Origin: Gordius albopunctatus | Lineage: Eukaryota | Length of the DNA stretch: 64,000 nt | Reading direction: 5' to 3' | Assembly (NCBI GenBank): GCA_964276515.1 | Contig: OZ193909.1 | Coordinates: forward strand, 19,840,001 to 19,904,000 | Part shown: positions 14,071-25,800 of the stretch, in pieces | Layout: every line of letters begins with the position of its first letter | How positions within the stretch are numbered: position 1 is the first letter of the stretch | Made by a program: the position numbers and the translations under genes | The notes under the pieces: model-generated | Database searches by the model: none | Told to the model about the DNA's origin: nothing | Seen by the model: only the letters and a program-made list of their open reading frames with translations

Positions 14071-14189
14071 TTTTATATTTGGTTGTGTGATGGAAGATAT
14101 GGTTATATTCGTACTAATTAAGTGATTGGTTGAAAATGCTCTAATTTCCTAGTCCATTTAGTGGATTTTTTTACAATATAAACCTTAAT

Positions 14190-14716
14190 ATATTAGAAAT
14201 TAGTAAATAAATTGCAGGTTAATGATATACTTTTAGAAGATAATAACAACCCCTTTCAGGAGTGCCCGCAATTAAATTAAAAGAATACTCTAATTAGCGC
14301 CATCTATGGGCAATTTTAATTAGAGACTAATTTGAACTATGTATATCCCTATCTTTTTTAGTATGTGACTCGAAAATGATAACAGACATATAACGTTTTC
14401 GCTCTTATTAGAGCTCATCAGTATGCCATAGTTAAATCTCTAGTCACACACTAAGCGAGATAGGTGTTATATATAAGGCACAAATTAGATTTAATCCATT
14501 CTTATGTTGGCTATGAAATAACCCCCATAATTATGGTAGTAATAATTATTTTGTTTTATTATATTAGAAATTAGTAAATAAATTGCAGGTTAATGATATA
14601 CTTTTAGAAGATAATAACAACCCCTTTCAGGAGTGCCCGCAACGCTAATTAGAGTATTCTTTTAATTTAATTGCGGGCACTCCTGAAAGGGGTTGTTATT
14701 ATCTTCTAAAAGTATA
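14190..14716 (-). mobile_element. Non-coding hammerhead-containing retroelement (retrozyme or Penelope-like non-autonomous element)
   Basis: 371-nt period (14189-14271 repeated at 14560-14642); 14643-14716 is the reverse complement of 14226-14299; flanking duplication TATAAACCTTAAT at 14177-14189 and 14713-14725; no ORF. Confidence 0.8.
14385..14427 (-). ncRNA. Minimal type-I hammerhead ribozyme
   Basis: The minus strand reads GGCAUA-CUGAUGA-GCUCU-AAUA-AGAGC-GAAA-A-CG-UU-A-UAUGUC: 6-bp stem I (one G-U), intact core, 5-bp stem II, palindromic AACGUU stem III and a UUA cleavage triplet. Confidence 0.85.
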
Positions 14717-14982
14717 AACCTTAATGTTGCGCTAAAAACGGTTAATAATTATCATTGGCGTTCAGAAAAATATATACTTAAAGGATCCACACCATTTAAA
14801 CTTTATAAATACGACCCGCTCCTGGCCATCTAGCGAAATGGGCATGTGCCGAAATTACTAATATTAAGCAACAAATAATCCAAAGTTAAGCAACATATAA
14901 TATTATCACTTATTTTTGATTATTTTTTCTCAGGAATATAAATAATTCTGTTTTGCAATTATCTTTTAAAATTTATATATCA

Positions 14983-17238
14983 TTATGGAGACATATAAAG
15001 GTAATAATTAATAAATGAGTATTCGTATAAATAATATTCTAAAATTAGGTTTCTAATTCTCATAAGTTTGATGAGATAAAGAGAGCCATTAAAAATAAAC
15101 CTGGGAATTCTTGTGACCTTAAAAAGGAAAAATTTAAACAGATGGTTTTAAACCGACCTATGGATAAACAGTCCACCCAAATGGCAATTATTAAGTATAT
15201 TATCCAAGCCAATCAGCCATTTTTATTATGCGATGATCAACATTTTAATGAATTATATTAAGGACATTCAATCCTAATATCAAACCCATATGTAGGCAAA
15301 CCCTCACAGGAAGGGTAATGAAATTAGATGGAAGGATGAAAGACATTCTTAGAACAAAGTTGTTGGCCCCCAAATATGTCAGTACAACTGCAGACTGCAT
15401 TTAATAAGTAATATTCTTCTGTAGAAAACATGAACAGCTCATTGGATAGACAATTAAAGTGTAGAAAGAGTTGATGCAATTTTAGCTTGCAAATATTTAG
15501 AGTAGACACACTTATGATGTCGTATGCAAAGCCCTCACACAAATTTATAAAGAATATCACATCCAGAATAAAAACATATTTACAATTACAGATAATGGGT
15601 CAAATTTTGTAAAAGCATTCAGGTAATATTTATATAAAAATACATTATTAACTTTTTTATAGGATTTTTAATGGAAAAGATGACAATCAGGAGGAATTAG
15701 TATCTCTTGAGGATATACTGGCTCATGTTGGTTTAGAGGTCCAGGATAAAGAAGATTATGATTATCTGCCCAGACATAGGAGGTGTGCCTGTCACACATT
15801 AAACCTGATTGCCACTACTGATGTTATTAAAATTTTAAAGGATAACAACTTGTTTAAAAAAATATACTCTTCCACCTTTGCCAAATGCCAAGCTATGTGG
15901 AATTCACACAGTCGGAGTACGGTATCAGCTCAACTAATACAAAAACGTTTGGGCTGCCAAATACCATACCCTGTAATAACTAGATGGAATTCAACTTTCA
16001 ATTTCATCTCTGTTATAAACAAAATTATTGAAGAAAAAGCCAATGAATTTCATATGCTTTGTGATGAATTAAGGCTTGAGAGGTTGTCTTTACAAGAATG
16101 TGATTTTTTACAGGAATACCACATGGTGAGTTACTGATTTGGTTGTATTTAATTTTAAAGGTTATGCAGCCACTAGCGAAAGCTTTTAGAATTTTAGAGG
16201 GGCAACCATATATGTATATGGCATATTATACACCTACCATAAGCCAAATTCAGATATGTTTACAGAAAATGGTTAGTTTTAAGTAGTGCGAACCCCTAAA
16301 GAGGCTATTTTAAAAGGCATAAACATCAGGTATTAATATCAATTGATTCTAATTTTATAAATCTTATGCTTTCAAGATTTCCAGATCTCTATGATGATGA
16401 CAATATTATTGCAGCTGTATTGCATCTAATGTTAAAAACAGATTGGGCTTGGATAAGATTATCCGAAAATCGGGAGGAGAAATATCGCATCTTAAAAGCC
16501 ATTAATTCAATCTTGCCATCGAATGCAGAAAATGTAAACCCTCAAACTTACAATGGGTTGGATTTCCTTGACATCAGACGTGAAAATTCGAATAAAGAAA
16601 TCACTGAGAATTTTGTAAAACTAAACAATACATCTTTTGAAATATATAACGAATTTCCCCAGTTAAAACAAATTTTTATTAAATATAACGTTTGCCTTCC
16701 ATCTAGTGCTCCCGTTGAAAGGCTTTTCAGTTTAGGAAAACTTATATTTGGGTATAAACGTTCTTCTTTATTAAATGATAATTTTGAAAATAATATTTTG
16801 TTGAAGTCCGATTCCCATCTACTTCCCCTTGATTTCTATTATAAATTGTAATTATATATATTGTTTGAAATGAAAAATAAATGTTTTACACATGTAGTTT
16901 ATTTAGTTTTGTATAAAAAAACTTTATTTGAAATAGTTTATTAAATTAGATTTTATAATGGACTATTTTTAATTTTAAATAAATAAATAATAATAAGTTT
17001 AAATAGTTGAAAAAATATATAAAAAAATAATTTTGGATCAGATAAAACGTTTTTCAACTGGATTAAATTTCTATAATATAAAAAAAAATGAACTGAACTT
17101 GAACTAGTTCATTTTGTAAAATTTGAACTAAGAACTGAACTAGTTCGTTTTTTTAGATGAACTTGAACTAATTTATTTTTTCAAAATGAACTATAAACTT
17201 GAACTAGTTCATATCTAAGATGAACTTTAACAGCTCTA
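14983..17238 (+). mobile_element. 5'-truncated hAT transposon with an intron-containing transposase pseudogene (same family as 6050-7332)
   Basis: Starts mid-BED finger (WRHIK then intron, as at ~6595). Core motifs [28 protein letters not shown] and LPSSAPVERLFS; right TIR TTAACAGCTCTA with GAACT arrays; left TIR not found; stops and frameshifts. Confidence 0.9.
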
Positions 17239-17572
17239 GTCACACTTAGGTTATCCATTGTATAATTAAGCACACAAATTTTGTATAGGTTAGTTTAATA
17301 TTACTATATATTGCAATTCTAACAAACAGTATAATATATATATATATATTCTATATAGATATATAAATAAGCACACTTTTTTCCAACTATTATGACTTTT
17401 CGCCAGGTGGGCTGGATTCATACGACCACAATAAGAACGAAATAATGAATGTGTGTAAAAAAAACTTATATGTTACTTAGTTAAAAGGACTATATAAAAT
17501 GGGGATTTTTATCAACGTCATACAAGTCGATTACATTACGCCATAATATGATTAAATACAAATGGGTTTTAA

Positions 17573-17878
17573 TGTTATTTGAAATATACTCATTGGGAGG
17601 GGATGTACTCTTTATTTGAGGGAAAAGAAAAGAGTTCGTAAGTAAGTAGTGTCTTAAACGCCTTTATATAATCGCGAATTAATTGAATAATCAATTACAT
17701 TTAGTGATGAATCCGCGAGGTATATGTGATTGGTCAATTAAAATCGCGAAGTAGTAAGTTAATGTAAATGAGTCGATTAACTTCGTTAAGCTAAGGTAAT
17801 GTAAACGAGTTAATTAAGTTTCGAAGTAGAGTTAAGTAATATGCCGCGAGCAATCAATTAAATATTATGGATGTAACA
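17573..17878 (-). mobile_element. Possible solo LTR
   Basis: TGTTA...TAACA ends; on the minus strand a TATATAAAGG box precedes AATAAA. No matching TSD was found. Confidence 0.4.
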
Positions 17879-17959
17879 TACTAAATACTTCATATAGTTT
17901 AAGTAGTTTACAAGTAGATATTTCAGGAAAATAAACTGATTTCTTATAAACTTTTGACA

Positions 17960-18929
17960 ACAATATTTTTTTAAAAAAATTTTATTTCTTTTTTGAATAG
18001 ATTAGTAAAGACAAAAGATATGATGGGATTCAACGCGAATATAAAGTAAAAGGCCAAAGTTATAAATTTTAAACCAATCAGTTGAGCCATAGGATTTGAA
18101 CTTAGTCTTTTGTAATAAAAATAGAAAGTAGGAGTTACAAATAAGTAAACGCTAAATATAAGTAAGGAATAAATTACAACGCTTGTTTCGCGAGCTTTCT
18201 TATAGGACCTCTGACCTCCTTTTTTTGTATTTGGTTTTGTGATTGAAGATATGTTTATATTCCTACTAATTAAGTGATTGGTTGATAAATCAACGCTCTG
18301 CCCGGCTCCTTTTCTCGACTATTGTACCAAGACTCTTCTTTGTTTCTGCATACTCCATATTATTAAAACGTACATTACCAAGGTAGCAAAGGAGTTAGTA
18401 TATTGCCATATAATATGTGCCTTAAAGATTTGCATTTTAAAATTGTGATAATCCCTTAAGCAGGTGGAATAGAAGTTGCTGTATACAATACCACCAACTT
18501 TCCATTGGATGATACGGGCTACTATACTTATCATCCACGGGTTTCCCAGTGAGATGTCACTTGTTCCTTGACCAGATTAACGGGAAAACAAACGAGAAGT
18601 AGGCGATTAGTAGCGAGCACCAGCAATTACATGGAATGAGTCATAAACGCGATTTCTGTAAGAATCCCAAAAATGGTGCAACTCATTACGTTTTTTAATA
18701 TTAAAGGTCTCGTATAATGGATCATATAACTTATACCAGTAGACAGGCCACCTAAGGCATAACTTAGAGCTATGCTGGATATAATAATCATGGCCGATTT
18801 TGACCGTAAATTTTTAGTTCCCCATACCAGGAACAATATAAAAGTATTACCAACGGTACCTAATAAGGTCGTTACTGTGATTATAGCAAAGAATATTACG
18901 TTTAACCACGAATATCCCAAAAGTATCAT
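17960..18929 (-). pseudogene. GPCR pseudogene paralogous to 10808-11818
   Basis: Clear similarity (GTVGNT, SAMIIIS, LTEIAFMTHS, VGGIVY, KAHIIWQYTN, NPIISFVFT). Premature stops at 18627 (at a Gln codon of the intact paralogue) and 18319, plus deletion/frameshift near 18540-18600. The 3' end is approximate. Confidence 0.88.
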
Positions 18930-19398
18930 GAGGAAATTTTTTTGATAGATAGGGTAGCACGGTTAATTATATAACGCAACAGGAAATTAAGCATTTGGGA
19001 GAATACCAAATAGGAAATTTTATTTGATTGACTAAATGAACACCTTGTGCTTTATAACGTTAAATGATTGATTTTTAACGAAGCCAAAATTTTTAATTTC
19101 CATTATAGCCTTAGGTAACCTGTGGGGTTACGATTTGAAAATTTTGGACTATAGATTTAATTATCGACTTATAATTGCAATTATAGATGGCCAAAGATTT
19201 TAACTGGTTGAGATGTTGATGGTTATCCTTTATCTTTTTTAGGCCATTATGCACGCATCCTTTTGTATTTTATCATGCCTTCTACAACCCATGATCTTAA
19301 ACATTTGGGTCCAAACATTGGCTACCACATTGAGCAGCCATGGCTTCCTTAACACATTCCGTAGTTACGGGAATTACTTTAGCTAGGATCTTCAAATA

Positions 19399-21756
19399 TG
19401 TTGCAGTCTGTTCTGTAAATACAGCCAGTGTATGAGTTATATTTGTTGTTGGGTAGTTATGTAGTAAATGTAGTATCATCATTGTAATGTATTGTAACGC
19501 GATATATAGAAGAACATTTGAGATAATTTGAATAATAAACAATTACTACAGATGGCGACGAAGATAGGATTTGAAATGCCAATAATGAAAACCCCAGATG
19601 ATATCAAAACTTTAGACTTATCAAAAATTACGCTCCGAAAATATTCTTCTGAAATGGACATAGAAGACTATCTAGAAAATATGAGCTACATCATAAAGGT
19701 TAAAGGTATAAATGCTTCAAACGATATGTTACAACAAATATATAAAAATCTTTTACTTGCATATTTTGTAATTAATAATGTTAAAGAAATTAAAAATTAT
19801 ATATATCCTGAATCCTTGGACACATCTACATGAGAGGAAATTCACAAGGCTTGTTTAGCTTTATTTAAACCAATGGAATCCGAATTTACTTCCAGATCAA
19901 AATTCATTCAAATGAAACAATAATGTTATTTGCTCAAAGATTAAAAGAATTGGCTAGAATATCCAACTTTAAAGGTGATATAGATGAAAGGTTGCGAGAC
20001 CAATTCATTGCAGGTTGTCAAGTAACAAAGTTGGATGTTGAATTACGTACGCATTTCCCTAATACAATAAATTCAGATGGTACAAATATAACTTTTAGAC
20101 AAGTCTTGGATTTAGCAATGACACTAGAAAGGGCAGAACAAGAGGTAAATCATGGTATCAATAAAGTACAAAACAACAATACGAGGGGTTTTTCTAAGAA
20201 TCAGTCAAGACCCAACAGCAACAACAGTTGTTACGGTGCGGGAGGTCCCAAAAGCCACATGTTATAAATGCAAGAAAATAAGACATTTTGCAAGGGCTTG
20301 TAAATGTAAACCTATTTATAATAGTTAGGGTGGAGATGGATATGGAAGTTCAGATGACAACTTAATTAATCAAGTTAGAAGAGTAGGGGTTAATAGAGCA
20401 ACTATAATGGCACGTTTGAATGATATTCCATATTGTCTTGAATATGATACCGGAGCACAGGTGTCAGTTATTAACAAGAAGATATGGAACCAAGTGGGCA
20501 GTCCCAAGTTAAGACAAACTAATAACCTAACCGTGTATGGTAAAAAGACGCTAGATGTTATGGGCGAAGTGATTATTAAAGTGAAAGTTGGAGGAAAGGT
20601 TAAGAATTTACCTGCAATCGTCACTAGAAGCATGGATGTACGGTTGTTTGGGCTACCTTGGATTTTAGAATTCGATTTAGAGATTCCGAAATGTGTAAGG
20701 ATTAACAATCTACAAGGAGGGCAACACAATTCGTAGCAAATTAAATAATTTAATTAAAGAATTTTCAGAAATTTTTGATAACAGTCACGGGGAAATCAAT
20801 AGCAATCCAGTTCATCTAAATGTAAAAACAGATGCATCAGGTAAAATATTTCCTGCCCGTCGTGTTCCCTTACCCTTAAGAAAACCGATTGAGATGGAGC
20901 TTGAAAGATTGGTTGCGGCTAACATAATTGAAAAAGTCGACCCTACTAAAACGAGAATTGAATGGGCGACACCAACGGTAAATGTGAGGAAAAACAATGG
21001 TTGTATTAGAGTTTGTGGAGATTTCAAAAATACCTTAAACCCTTTCTTGATAAAGGACTACCATATATTGCCAACCTTTGATGATATTGCTTCGAAATTG
21101 GTTAACGGACAAAGATTTACGAAAATCGATCTCAAAGACGCATATCTTAAAATGAAGATCGACAAGGATTCCCAAAAATATCTTATCATAAACACACATG
21201 TGGGTTATTTTCAGTATAAACGTATGCCTTTTGGATTAGCGTCGGCACCCATAATATTTTAAAGATATATGGATAATTTGCTAAGTGACTGTAAAAAGAC
21301 CGGAGTAATTCCTCCTTTTATTATAGTATGGAATCAATTCATTTGTGAGAGCGTTCCTGTTTACACTCCAACCTTGCTCGAGTTGTACTAATGGCTTTTT
21401 AAGCGTTGAATCTTTACGGGTCTCATTAGCTAACGTTCTTTCGGTAATCTTTAAATCTTATAAAGCTATGTATCTTAAACAGGGAGCATTTTCATAATCT
21501 TCGTGGTTGAATTTTTCTTTTTCGGGGACTGATAATCTTGATAACACATCGGCCAATTGATTATCTCTCCCCTGTTTGTATTCTAAATGATAATCGTAAG
21601 CTGACAATTTCCACGCCCATCTAATTAACCGATTATTACAAATGTGGGATACGTTCTGATTCTCGCCAAAAAATCTCTCTAATGGCTTGTGATCGGTACG
21701 TAAGATAAATTTCCTTCCGAATATGTATTTTTCAACTCCAAATACACTGGTCAACA
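19399..21756 (+). mobile_element. Degraded Gypsy/Ty3 LTR retrotransposon with one LTR and an inverted RNase H segment
   Basis: LTR TG...CA at 19399-19550, then PBS-like TGGCGACGA. The + strand encodes gag (LRDQFIAG), protease (YDTGA) and RT (WATP, IDLKDAY, RMPFGL). RNase H (RTDHKPL, LADVLSRL) is on the - strand at ~21310-21756. AATA flanks both ends. Confidence 0.9.
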
Positions 21757-22834
21757 AATAATGGACTTATGAAATTAACCATGTTAGGAGTATAACCTAC
21801 CATCCACAGTTTGTGAGCTGACCTTTGAAAGATACGTATCTACAGTTATCCAGACTCACCAAAAACGTTAGTTTTGCTCTAAAAAAGCGGTCGGACCTTG
21901 AAATTCGACCTAGCATGTATTAGCAATAGAATTGCCACAGTAATCAATGTAAATTCGTGATTTCACTTTAAATTAATTTATACTAGTGTTGTAAAAACGG
22001 CTGGATTTTAAGTTGTACCTATAGATTGTTCTGACTTTGATTATAAAAGATAAAGTAGATCGCCGCCTAAATTTTTAGATAAAAAAAGTTGCATTTAACA
22101 ACACTGAACCCCTAGACCTTTATCGGAATGACATTAAGTCTTTGACTTGTCGATAAAGGGGGAGGTATGGTATACTGTGGTATACTTCCTCTTCCCCCAT
22201 CCCTCCACGCGCTTTGTGCTATATTTAATTTTCCTTACGTGTGTGTTATCTCTTCCTCCATACATTATTGTTTATCATTAAGCATCATTTAATTTCGTAT
22301 TGGCGTACACAACGCGTTCTGAATCGATAATTTATATGATTAGTTTTTTTTGTTCGAAATCGAGAATGATATGAAAGCAAAAATGAATAAAATAAATAAA
22401 TTCGTGATTGAATCTTTACATTTCCTCCTGCAGACCTAATAAATCCCCTATTCACTCGATTCGTAAATCGTGTCCCGCGGAGTTATTATTCCGTTGGAAC
22501 ACGATACCCATAATTCCTAATAAAAGTTGTATAATAATTATATAATAGTATTATTGTTCTTAAATCCAACTTTTTTTGTAGGAAAATTTCTACTCCATTG
22601 GATTATAATACCTTGAGTAAGAATTGCGATTCTCAAATTGTTACATATAAAGTGTTAAAGATTCTGGTTTATGCAGCTGTGTAATATTTTAGGCAGTAGT
22701 TTATCTATCTATTTCCTATTTATTGTGCTTCTCAACTTTGTATTTTTATACCTAAACTTCGCCTAAATTCGAGTTTAATATAGTCCCATTGTAGCAAAGT
22801 TATTGGGTTGCTCCTATCAGCTGATTTATAATCG

Positions 22835-25800
22835 ATGGGTAATTGGGTAAGTTTTGGTACTAATTGGATTTTAAACCCGTTAACATTCACTAATAATATG
22901 AGTGAAAGTAATTCTCACGATAAAAACAAATCACAAAAAAATAGTAATATTGATTATTGTGCTTGCTTAATCCTTTTTAAAGACAATTATTTTACATCAT
23001 ACTTTATAATGGGTGGGCATCAATTTAATAGATCTGATCCTGAAACCTTTTTATTTGGAGATCTAAATGACCTTAAATATTTAGGTGGAAATCCTGTTCT
23101 TGTAAGCAATTTTAGGTTTTCAATATATTGCTAATAGTTTCCTTATAAAGCCCCTATGTGGTTTGAGCCAATTAGAACTTTAAAAAGTTTAATACACATC
23201 AGGAAAGAGACATTAAAGTTCACCAAGTATTAATTATGAAAATATAAAAATATTGTCTGTTTTTAGGCTCAGTCAACAAGAAAATACTTCAAATTATAAT
23301 ATAGAATTTGTTTTTGATGCAGATGTTAAGGTTGCAATTACCATTTATTATTATGCAACGGAGCATTTTTCTTCTGGAAAATTGTAGTAAGTAAATTTTT
23401 TAAACTATTATGTTTATTTGTAAGTTTTAACAGATTGTATTGTATGCAATTTATTACTCAATGCAAAATATAAAATTATCAATTAAGGCATAAGAGGATT
23501 TAAATTTGTATTTAATCATATTATATATGAAGCATTAGTTTTTTATTTCTTTGTTATTTATAAGTCAATCATTCTTTTTTAAACATAAACAACTTTATCC
23601 TAATATATGTGTTTCAAACTCTTATCTATTATCCTCAAGTTTGATATAATTCTTGGTAGTATCTATTTTTAAATGTTAGTTTTATTTGAACAAAATAAAT
23701 TTAATGAGAGATCAAATTGGTATGTAGTAAAATGATGACATTTAGCAATACCATTTATTCTAAAAAATGGTAATTTATGTATTTAAATTTCCAAATCTCA
23801 GTTATACATTGGATGAACGTAACTTAAAATCTGATACATACCATTACGACCCTGGTGATGGTCAGCTGTTTCGTCAACCAGATCACGTGTTTGATCCTTC
23901 GATCATCTTTGCTTCCTCACAACGGGACGTCGAAGTCGAAATAGATCAGCTTATCGACACCTTTCCCTCCCCCAGGAGGTCCATCATGCGGTGGTGGACG
24001 TCCCGAAGGGGTACGCGATCGTCCCACGATCCACCGATTAGTCCTTCGCAAGTCGATAACGCCTTGACCCAAACGCCTATGTACCCGGTTGTCGTTTATT
24101 GCGTAACACGTGATTCTGGTAATTCTCCCTGAACTCCTTCGGGAGCGAATGGATTTGCCTTTCGGTTTTTTGGTTTGTAGTTGGTTTTTTATTAAATTTA
24201 AATGCTAGACGTATCAAGGGTGTTATGATCGGTTTATAAAACACTGGATTTCAATTTGATTAGGTTCAAAATATTTGCGATCCCCTCCCAAAATGGCATA
24301 GGGGTGGCTGCCTCCCTCTAAATCCAAGAAGTGTTTGAAATTCATTATAATTATGGGCCTGAAATTTGGTAGAAAAATGATCGTTTTGCCCCTCTCTAAA
24401 TCATTATTGCCCCCCCCCCTTCTAGTTCCATTTTATAAAGCACTTTTCTAAGCTATTAACAAGTTTAAATATAGTTTTGTCGCGTTTTGGTACTCTATCT
24501 AGTCTATGGTTGTGACATGTGACCCTCAAACGCATACGTTTATTAAAGTGTTAAAGGTGATAGGGCATTGCAAAAAAAATTTAAAAAATGAACTTTAAGA
24601 GGTTCAAAATCTTTTGAAAGTTACTAGTTAAAATTATATTAAGTCATCGGTGAAATTAAAATATAAATTTTGGCTGCTGTGAAATGTATGGCCCAGGAAT
24701 AAAGGCCGACACGGGTGACCCGAAACCGGACCCGACGGGCTCGAAAATTTTAAAATGCTTTCGGGTAGGCTCGGGTCGAGAGTCCTTGGGGGCTGTTCAA
24801 ATCTATTTTAAAAATTCATTCAAAAACTTTACTTTTTTAAGTTGAACATTAATTTAGCCTTAGTTCAAGAAAATAAAATGGCGCTCAATTTGTGTATCCT
24901 TCCCTCCAGATGTAAACCGGCAAGTACACGTGACCCTGGCTTCGATCGAACGTAGCCGAGATCGTAGTTCGGGTGGTCACGTGCTCAAACCGTTGAAACA
25001 AAAACTCGTAGCCGACGGACTTTCCTACCTTATCCACGAAGTGTACGGGATCGAAAATAAAAATAGAAAAGTATTTCCACCCTCACCCCCACAACCAGAT
25101 CAGCTGTTTGAGCCCCACCCTCAACCCCCTCACTCCGCGGAAAGTGTAAGACTCCTTCAAATTTTATAGCCGTAACAAATAAAAATATGTTTATTAGTTT
25201 ATGGATGTGAAAGCGAAAAAAAGCGAAGTGAATTTTTGTGCTAATTTATCAAACTTTTCATTAGTTTTCTTCTTAATATCTTCATATTCATCGTGAATTT
25301 TATCATATATATCACGAAAATAACAATTGTAAATATGAGGTGTTCATAGTGAAACCGCAGACGATCATTTTCGCCCGCCGCAAAAAACGAACGAAAATAC
25401 GATAATACAAATCATTTTGTTTATTTAGCGCAATGTTAAAAAATTGAATCTGGTATGTATGCATTTTTTATATAATTGTTGTATATGTTTATAGAATAAT
25501 TACGATCTTGTCAATGAATACCGTTGATGTATGATAAATTTCACGGTGAATATAAAGATATTAATTTAAAAATATAAAAAGTTTGATAAATTAGCCCAAA
25601 AAATCACTTCGCTTTTTTCCGCTTTCGCGCGTCATCACGAACGCGGGGTAAAGCAGTTTGATCCTGAAAACCCTTAATGGTCAGGATAACTGGTAACAGG
25701 TGTTTTAGTTTTATCTTGCGCCACCATGCGTCATGATGTTTAATTTGTAATTTGTGGGTAAAAAGGTTTGAAATTGATTTCACGGTGAATTATACTAGAG

